A DNA stretch of 40,183 nucleotides from Ilumatobacteraceae bacterium. GTDB lineage: Bacteria > Actinomycetota > Acidimicrobiia > Acidimicrobiales > Ilumatobacteraceae. The translations under genes and the position numbers were made by a program. The notes below the pieces were generated by a model, which worked only from the letters and a program-made list of their open reading frames with translations, was not told where the DNA came from and did no database searches. Below are positions 36,495-40,183 of this stretch, piece by piece (position 1 is the stretch's first letter; every line of letters starts with the position of its first letter). The stretch lies in assembly GCA_023263465.1 (NCBI GenBank), contig JALQWV010000062.1, positions 1-40,183 of the forward strand, written 5' to 3'.

Positions 36495-36502
36495 GTGCAT
36501 TC

Positions 36503-36508
36503 AGGCTA
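36503..36508 (-). promoter_or_regulatory. -10 box TAGCCT for gltX-ydcF
   Basis: TANNNT ends 8 nt before ATG 36494. Confidence 0.45.
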
Positions 36509-36539
36509 TCTGAGCAAAGCACTCACCTTGAGCGAACAC

Positions 36540-36545
36540 TAAGTT
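36540..36545 (+). promoter_or_regulatory. -10 box TAAGTT for the DUF2237 gene (leaderless)
   Basis: TANNNT ends 7 nt before ATG 36553. Confidence 0.5.
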
Positions 36546-36552
36546 GAGGCAC

Positions 36553-36921
36553 ATGACAATTGGAACTCAGGTGAATGTTTACGGCGAACCAATCGAAACT
36601 TGTTGTACTTCTCCAATGACAGGTTGGTACCGCACTGGATGTTGTGAAACAGGCGGCGACGACACCGGTGTGCACACGGTTTGCGCAGTGATGACCGATG
36701 AGTTTCTTGCGTTCTCTCAATCGCGCGGTAACGATCTGTCTACCCCAATGCCGCAATACGGTTTTGATGGCCTGAAGGCCGGAGATCACTGGTGTCTCTG
36801 TGCTTCGCGCTGGCAAGAAGCATTTGAAGCAGGAATGGCGCCAAAAGTGAATTTACGCGCAACGCATATTCACACCCTCGAGTTTGTGAACCTTGCCGAC
36901 TTAGAGAAGTTTGCGCTGTAG
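36553..36921 (+). CDS. DUF2237 family protein
   Basis: 'GEPIETCCTSPMTGWYRTGCCETGGDDTGVHTVCAVMTDEFLAFS' is the characteristic DUF2237 Cys-rich core. Confidence 0.8.
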   Translation: MTIGTQVNVYGEPIETCCTSPMTGWYRTGCCETGGDDTGVHTVCAVMTDEFLAFSQSRGNDLSTPMPQYGFDGLKAGDHWCLCASRWQEAFEAGMAPKVNLRATHIHTLEFVNLADLEKFAL

Positions 36922-37464
36922 TTAAATAAATTCCATGGCGCGATGTGTGCCGGTCGGAAGCTGTACATCAATTACGTCATTTGGCGAAACAACGCCACTT
37001 GCCACTACTACTGCAAGCACACCAACTGGCCGACGAAATGAACCGTTTTCGTTCTTCTCTCGCACTGCAGCGAGCAAGCCGTCTTGAAATGCATTCAGCT
37101 GCTTGCATGGCGTACGTATTCCGGTGAGTTCAATTGCAGCACCGCTCGGAAACACCAACCGAGTTGCGTGTGGCAACGATGTGAGTTGCACTCCGCTCGT
37201 GGTGATGTTTTCGCCCATTGAGCCTCGCTCAACATTGAAACCCTCAAGGCGCAATTCCTCAATTAATTCGCTTGCAATGAGATGAACCTGACGAAGGTTC
37301 GGCTTTTCTGGTTTCCTACGCAGCAAGTATGAGTGTTTTACGGTTGCACCAGCATGCACATCGCCCTGCACACCGATACCCGCTACAAGTTCAATTGAGC
37401 CTTGTGCTTGTTTTGTGAATGTGTGTTCAGGCGAAGAATGAACCCCAACAACTTGCGTAGGCAT
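36922..37464 (-). CDS. MOSC domain-containing protein
   Basis: 180 aa. YiiM-like pattern 'GDVHAG...RQVHLI...GSMGENITTSG'. Confidence 0.8.
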   Translation of the reverse strand: MPTQVVGVHSSPEHTFTKQAQGSIELVAGIGVQGDVHAGATVKHSYLLRRKPEKPNLRQVHLIASELIEELRLEGFNVERGSMGENITTSGVQLTSLPHATRLVFPSGAAIELTGIRTPCKQLNAFQDGLLAAVREKNENGSFRRPVGVLAVVVASGVVSPNDVIDVQLPTGTHRAMEFI

Positions 37465-37467
37465 GAA

Positions 37468-37992
37468 CTATGCCCCAGTAAGTGCACGCCACGACATTGG
37501 CATACTTGCGGTGAGTTGCTCGATTGACAATTGGTAAGTCGTTTCCGGAACGAGTCCGGTGATTTCGCGAACTTCGTAATACGAGTGCGCTGCATCGCCC
37601 ACTCCCATGAAGAGTTCTTTACGACGTGCCAACAAATCTGCAGGCACAACATCAATTAGCCATCCCCAGATGGTGAGTGCAAAGGTGAGGTCGTGCATGA
37701 CCGGCGCACGGCCGTACATGGAAGCTCGGCGCAACGCGATGCCTATTGACCCACGAATCGCATCGTCCACCGACTCACCCGGTTGCACTTTGATCTTGTT
37801 GCGAGCAATGCGAGCAAGCGTCAGGATGTAACCCTGATCGGGTCCTTGATTGCCCAAGCTCGCGCCACGAGGCTGCTTGCCGTCAATTTCTCCAGGCCGA
37901 CCCGGCGACCATGGCGCCGGTACATATACAGGCGATTCATATGAACGCGGCGTTTGGGTTGCACTTACTGGAGCAAATTTTGGAGCAGCCAT
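37468..37992 (-). CDS. hypothetical protein (174 aa)
   Basis: Clean ORF tightly packed between cimA and the MOSC gene (12-nt and 3-nt gaps). Family not recognised. Confidence 0.65.
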   Translation of the reverse strand: MAAPKFAPVSATQTPRSYESPVYVPAPWSPGRPGEIDGKQPRGASLGNQGPDQGYILTLARIARNKIKVQPGESVDDAIRGSIGIALRRASMYGRAPVMHDLTFALTIWGWLIDVVPADLLARRKELFMGVGDAAHSYYEVREITGLVPETTYQLSIEQLTASMPMSWRALTGA

Positions 37993-38004
37993 ACTCCTGC
38001 GAGC

Positions 38005-39576
38005 CTACTTGGAATGCAAGAGCCCGAAGATGAGCGACTCCTCAAGAGCGCGCCACGAGGCTTCAATGATGTTCGACGACACACCAATGGTGGTCCAGTT
38101 GCGCTCACCATCTGAGGCATCCAACAAGACGCGAGTTACTGCACCAGTTGCCGAACCCGAATCCAAGATTCGCACCTTGTAGTCAGTCAAATGCACGCGG
38201 GAAAGTTGCGGGAACTTATCCAGCAATGCAGCACGCAATGCAGTGTCAATTGCATTAACCGGACCATTGCCTTCGGCAACCCGTACTTCACGGTGGTCAC
38301 CGATCCACACCTTCACTGTTGCTTCAGTTGTAAATGTCCCAGCCGATGACTCATCGGTAATCACACGCATTGACTCAACACTGAAGAAGTTCTGTTGCCA
38401 TCCCGAAGCACGACGCATCAACAGTTCAAGCGAAGCGTCGGCTGCCTCAAAGTGGTATCCCTCGTGTTCAAGTCGCTTCAGATCATCAATTACTTGATTG
38501 ACCGCTGGTCCATCCATAGTGAGACCAAGTTCTTCAGCCTTCATGGTGATCGTTGCACGACCAGCCATTTCGCTCACCAGGAATCGCGTGCCATTGCCAA
38601 CTAATTCAGGTGCGATGTGCTCGTATGCATCCTTCGCACGCGAGATTGCTGAAACGTGAAGTCCAGCCTTGTGTGCAAATGCTGAACTACCAACGTATGG
38701 AGCCTGCGGATTCAATGGACGGTTCAACACTTCAGCCACATAATTACTTACTGCGGTAAGGCGCTCAAGCCTTCCTTCTGGCAAACACTCAAAGCCCATC
38801 TTTAATTGCAAGTTAGGAATCACTGTTGTCAGGTTGGTGTTTCCCGTTCGCTCACCAAGACCGTTCAACGTTCCCTGAACATGGCGTGCGCCGCTTTGCA
38901 CTGCTGCAAGTGAGTTAGCCACCGCACAACCCGTGTCGTCGTGGCAATGAATTCCGATTGTTGCATCGTCACCGATGTGCTTTTTCACCTCTCCGACAAT
39001 GTGCAGAACGTCGCTTGGGAGTGATCCGCCGTTGGTGTCGCACAACACCAAGTGTGTAGCTCCGCCAATGATTGCTGCCTCTAATACACGCAGCGAAAAC
39101 TCTGGGTTCGACTTGAATCCGTCAAAGAAATGTTCCATGTCAACAAGCACCCGACGATCGTTAGCAGTGAGGTACTTCACCGAATCCGACACCATGTCAA
39201 TGCCCTCCGCAAGAGTGGTTTGCAATGCATGTTCAACGTGATAGTCCCATGCTTTTGCAACTATGCATACCGCAGAGGTTTGCGCTTCAATCAAATTTCG
39301 CAACGTTGCATCATCGTCAACTTTGCCAAGCGGGCGACGCGTAGAGCCGAAAGCAACCAATGCTGAAGTGGTGAATGTCAGCTCTTGCTTTGCGCGAGCG
39401 AAGAACTCGATGTCTTTCGGGTTTGCGCCAGGCCAACCACCCTCAATGAAGTGCACACCTAAGTAGTCCAGTTGTTCTGCAATGCGCAACTTGTCTTCAA
39501 CGCTTGCCGACACACCTTCCACTTGCATTCCGTCGCGCAACGTGGTGTCGAATACTTCGACCAGTTCCTTGCTCAT
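38005..39576 (-). CDS. cimA: (R)-citramalate synthase (long CimA / LeuA-family)
   Basis: 523 aa. 'FDTTLRDGMQVEGVS', 'IEGGWPGANPKD' and 'HCHDDTG'. Its architecture and length match the about 525-aa CimA clade rather than LeuA. Confidence 0.85.
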   Translation of the reverse strand: MSKELVEVFDTTLRDGMQVEGVSASVEDKLRIAEQLDYLGVHFIEGGWPGANPKDIEFFARAKQELTFTTSALVAFGSTRRPLGKVDDDATLRNLIEAQTSAVCIVAKAWDYHVEHALQTTLAEGIDMVSDSVKYLTANDRRVLVDMEHFFDGFKSNPEFSLRVLEAAIIGGATHLVLCDTNGGSLPSDVLHIVGEVKKHIGDDATIGIHCHDDTGCAVANSLAAVQSGARHVQGTLNGLGERTGNTNLTTVIPNLQLKMGFECLPEGRLERLTAVSNYVAEVLNRPLNPQAPYVGSSAFAHKAGLHVSAISRAKDAYEHIAPELVGNGTRFLVSEMAGRATITMKAEELGLTMDGPAVNQVIDDLKRLEHEGYHFEAADASLELLMRRASGWQQNFFSVESMRVITDESSAGTFTTEATVKVWIGDHREVRVAEGNGPVNAIDTALRAALLDKFPQLSRVHLTDYKVRILDSGSATGAVTRVLLDASDGERNWTTIGVSSNIIEASWRALEESLIFGLLHSK

Positions 39577-39619
39577 GGTGTTGGTTCACTTTCTGTTCGG
39601 TGGGCTGAATTCGAGGATG

Positions 39620-39643
39620 AAAAAAGCCGCCCCTGAGGGCGGC
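39620..39643 (-). terminator. intrinsic terminator / attenuator 43 nt upstream of the cimA start
   Basis: Minus strand reads GCCGCCC-TCAG-GGGCGGC followed by TTTTTT: a 7-bp all-GC stem, 4-nt loop and T6 tract. Confidence 0.65.
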
Positions 39644-39646
39644 TGC

Positions 39647-39671
39647 GGCGTGCGTCGGAGGGACGCACGCC
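39647..39671 (-). promoter_or_regulatory. perfect 10-bp hairpin abutting the leader-ORF stop codon
   Basis: Minus strand reads GGCGTGCGTC-CCTCC-GACGCACGCC. Its first base is the G of the TAG stop. It lies 3 nt upstream of the terminator stem. Confidence 0.5.
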
Positions 39672-39724
39672 TAGGAAATAATGATGATCGCGATCGACGT
39701 CGAGGAGGCTCCGAATATGGTCAC
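39671..39724 (-). CDS. candidate Ile-rich leader peptide (17 aa: MTIFGASSTSIAIIIIS)
   Basis: GTG ACC ATA TTC GGA GCC TCC TCG ACG TCG ATC GCG ATC ATC ATT ATT TCC TAG. 6 of 17 codons are Ile. The start is uncertain: no SD, and the frame stays open upstream to 39871. Confidence 0.4.
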   Translation of the reverse strand: MTIFGASSTSIAIIIIS

Positions 39725-39856
39725 GTCTCTAGTCTGTCGCCCGCAGGTACCCCTTGGCAACGCAGACCACACAAATCTGTGGATAACCAGGCCGAGGAAT
39801 CGCGCAAACCCAATGGGGGTGCTGTGGATGACCCTGTGGGTAGTGGTGTGGAAGGA

Positions 39857-39874
39857 CCTGTGCAAACGCACAGG
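39857..39874 (-). terminator. hairpin 25 nt downstream of the ilvE stop (possible weak terminator)
   Basis: Minus strand reads CCTGTGC-GTTT-GCACAGG, but it is followed by TCCTTCC rather than a U-tract. Confidence 0.25.
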
Positions 39875-39899
39875 TAACTCACAGGACTGTTATTTGGTG

Positions 39900-40183
39900 C
39901 TATTTGGCCAGTTCGCACCAGTGGGCGTACTGGGGCAATTGGCCCCTCACCGCCTTGGCGTAGGTGCTGGCGATCGCCTTCGTGATCGGGCCCGGGCACG
40001 GGATCGGCCGCTCGTCGACCGAGCGCACCGAGCCGACTTCGGCAGCGGTGCCGCAGGCGAAGATCTCGTCCGCGATGTACAGGTCGCTGCGTGCGAGGTT
40101 GTCGACACGAATGTCATAGCCGAGGTCGCGGGCGATCGTCATCACGCTGTTCTGGGTGATGCCCTCGAGTGCACCGGCAGACG
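39900..40183 (-). CDS. ilvE: branched-chain-amino-acid aminotransferase, class IV short type (3' end; 5' part lies outside the window)
   Basis: 'EGITQNSVMTIARDLGYDIRVDNLARSDLYIADEIFACGTAAEVGSVRSVD...GPITKAI' aligns with the E. coli-type IlvE C-terminus. The frame is open to the window edge. GC is about 68%. Confidence 0.85.
   Translation of the reverse strand, partial: SAGALEGITQNSVMTIARDLGYDIRVDNLARSDLYIADEIFACGTAAEVGSVRSVDERPIPCPGPITKAIASTYAKAVRGQLPQYAHWCELAK

Noticed and set aside
39741-39765. T-box-like string AAGGGGTACCTGCGGG in the cimA leader (compare the T-box core GGGUGGUACCGCG)
   Set aside because: The match is imperfect. It lies about 100 nt upstream of the terminator instead of forming the 5' side of an antiterminator overlapping it. 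I could not identify a Stem I/specifier loop.
39671-39871. The 66-aa version of the leader ORF (ORF-track 39671..39871), and the plus-strand 131-aa ORF 39482..39877
   Set aside because: The 66-aa start is a GTG buried in the hairpin after the ilvE stop. Its sequence is low-complexity (His/Arg/Thr-rich) with no family resemblance. The plus-strand ORF is antisense to the cimA start. Only the short Ile-rich 3' end has a functional rationale.

Overview
This is a gene-dense chromosomal segment (about 97% coding by my calls, roughly 50% GC) from an actinobacterium (Actinomycetota) that looks genome-streamlined. Lineage hallmarks are a PafB/PafC-type tandem WYL regulator pair, a bL37 micro-ORF, gltX followed by tRNA-Gln and tRNA-Glu, MscL, an LLM-type oxidoreductase, and TANNNT -10 boxes placed for leaderless mRNAs. 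I call 45 protein genes, including a 28-aa bL37 gene absent from the ORF track and a 5'-truncated ilvE at the right edge. I also call a candidate 17-aa leader peptide, 3 tRNAs (Leu-TAA, Glu-CTC, Gln-CTG), 23 candidate -10 boxes and one clear intrinsic terminator. Content falls into four groups. Central metabolism: pgi, argG, gltX, class I fumarase, cimA, ilvE. Envelope functions: L,D-transpeptidase, GT2, acyltransferase-3/SGNH, MscL, lipoprotein. Nucleases and repair: DEDDh exonuclease, Cas4-like PD-(D/E)XK nuclease, MutY-like glycosylase, secreted tandem DUF1524 nuclease. A dispersed acyl-CoA trio: Mcd-like dehydrogenase, MaoC hydratase, Mcl/CitE-like lyase. I find no CRISPR array, transposase, integrase, prophage or recognisable anti-phage system, and I do not think a defence island is present. 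The items most worth follow-up are: (1) the only long non-coding region (39577-39899), which carries an Ile-codon-rich mini-ORF, a hairpin and a terminator directly upstream of citramalate synthase; (2) an abrupt jump to about 68% GC and 89% GC3 exactly at the ilvE stop; (3) a flavin reductase-MauE-ferredoxin operon ending in a secreted 8-Cys tandem nuclease whose first copy is catalytically dead; (4) a highly regular leaderless-promoter architecture that revises 11 ORF-track starts. All functional calls rest on motif recognition by eye, because no database search was possible.
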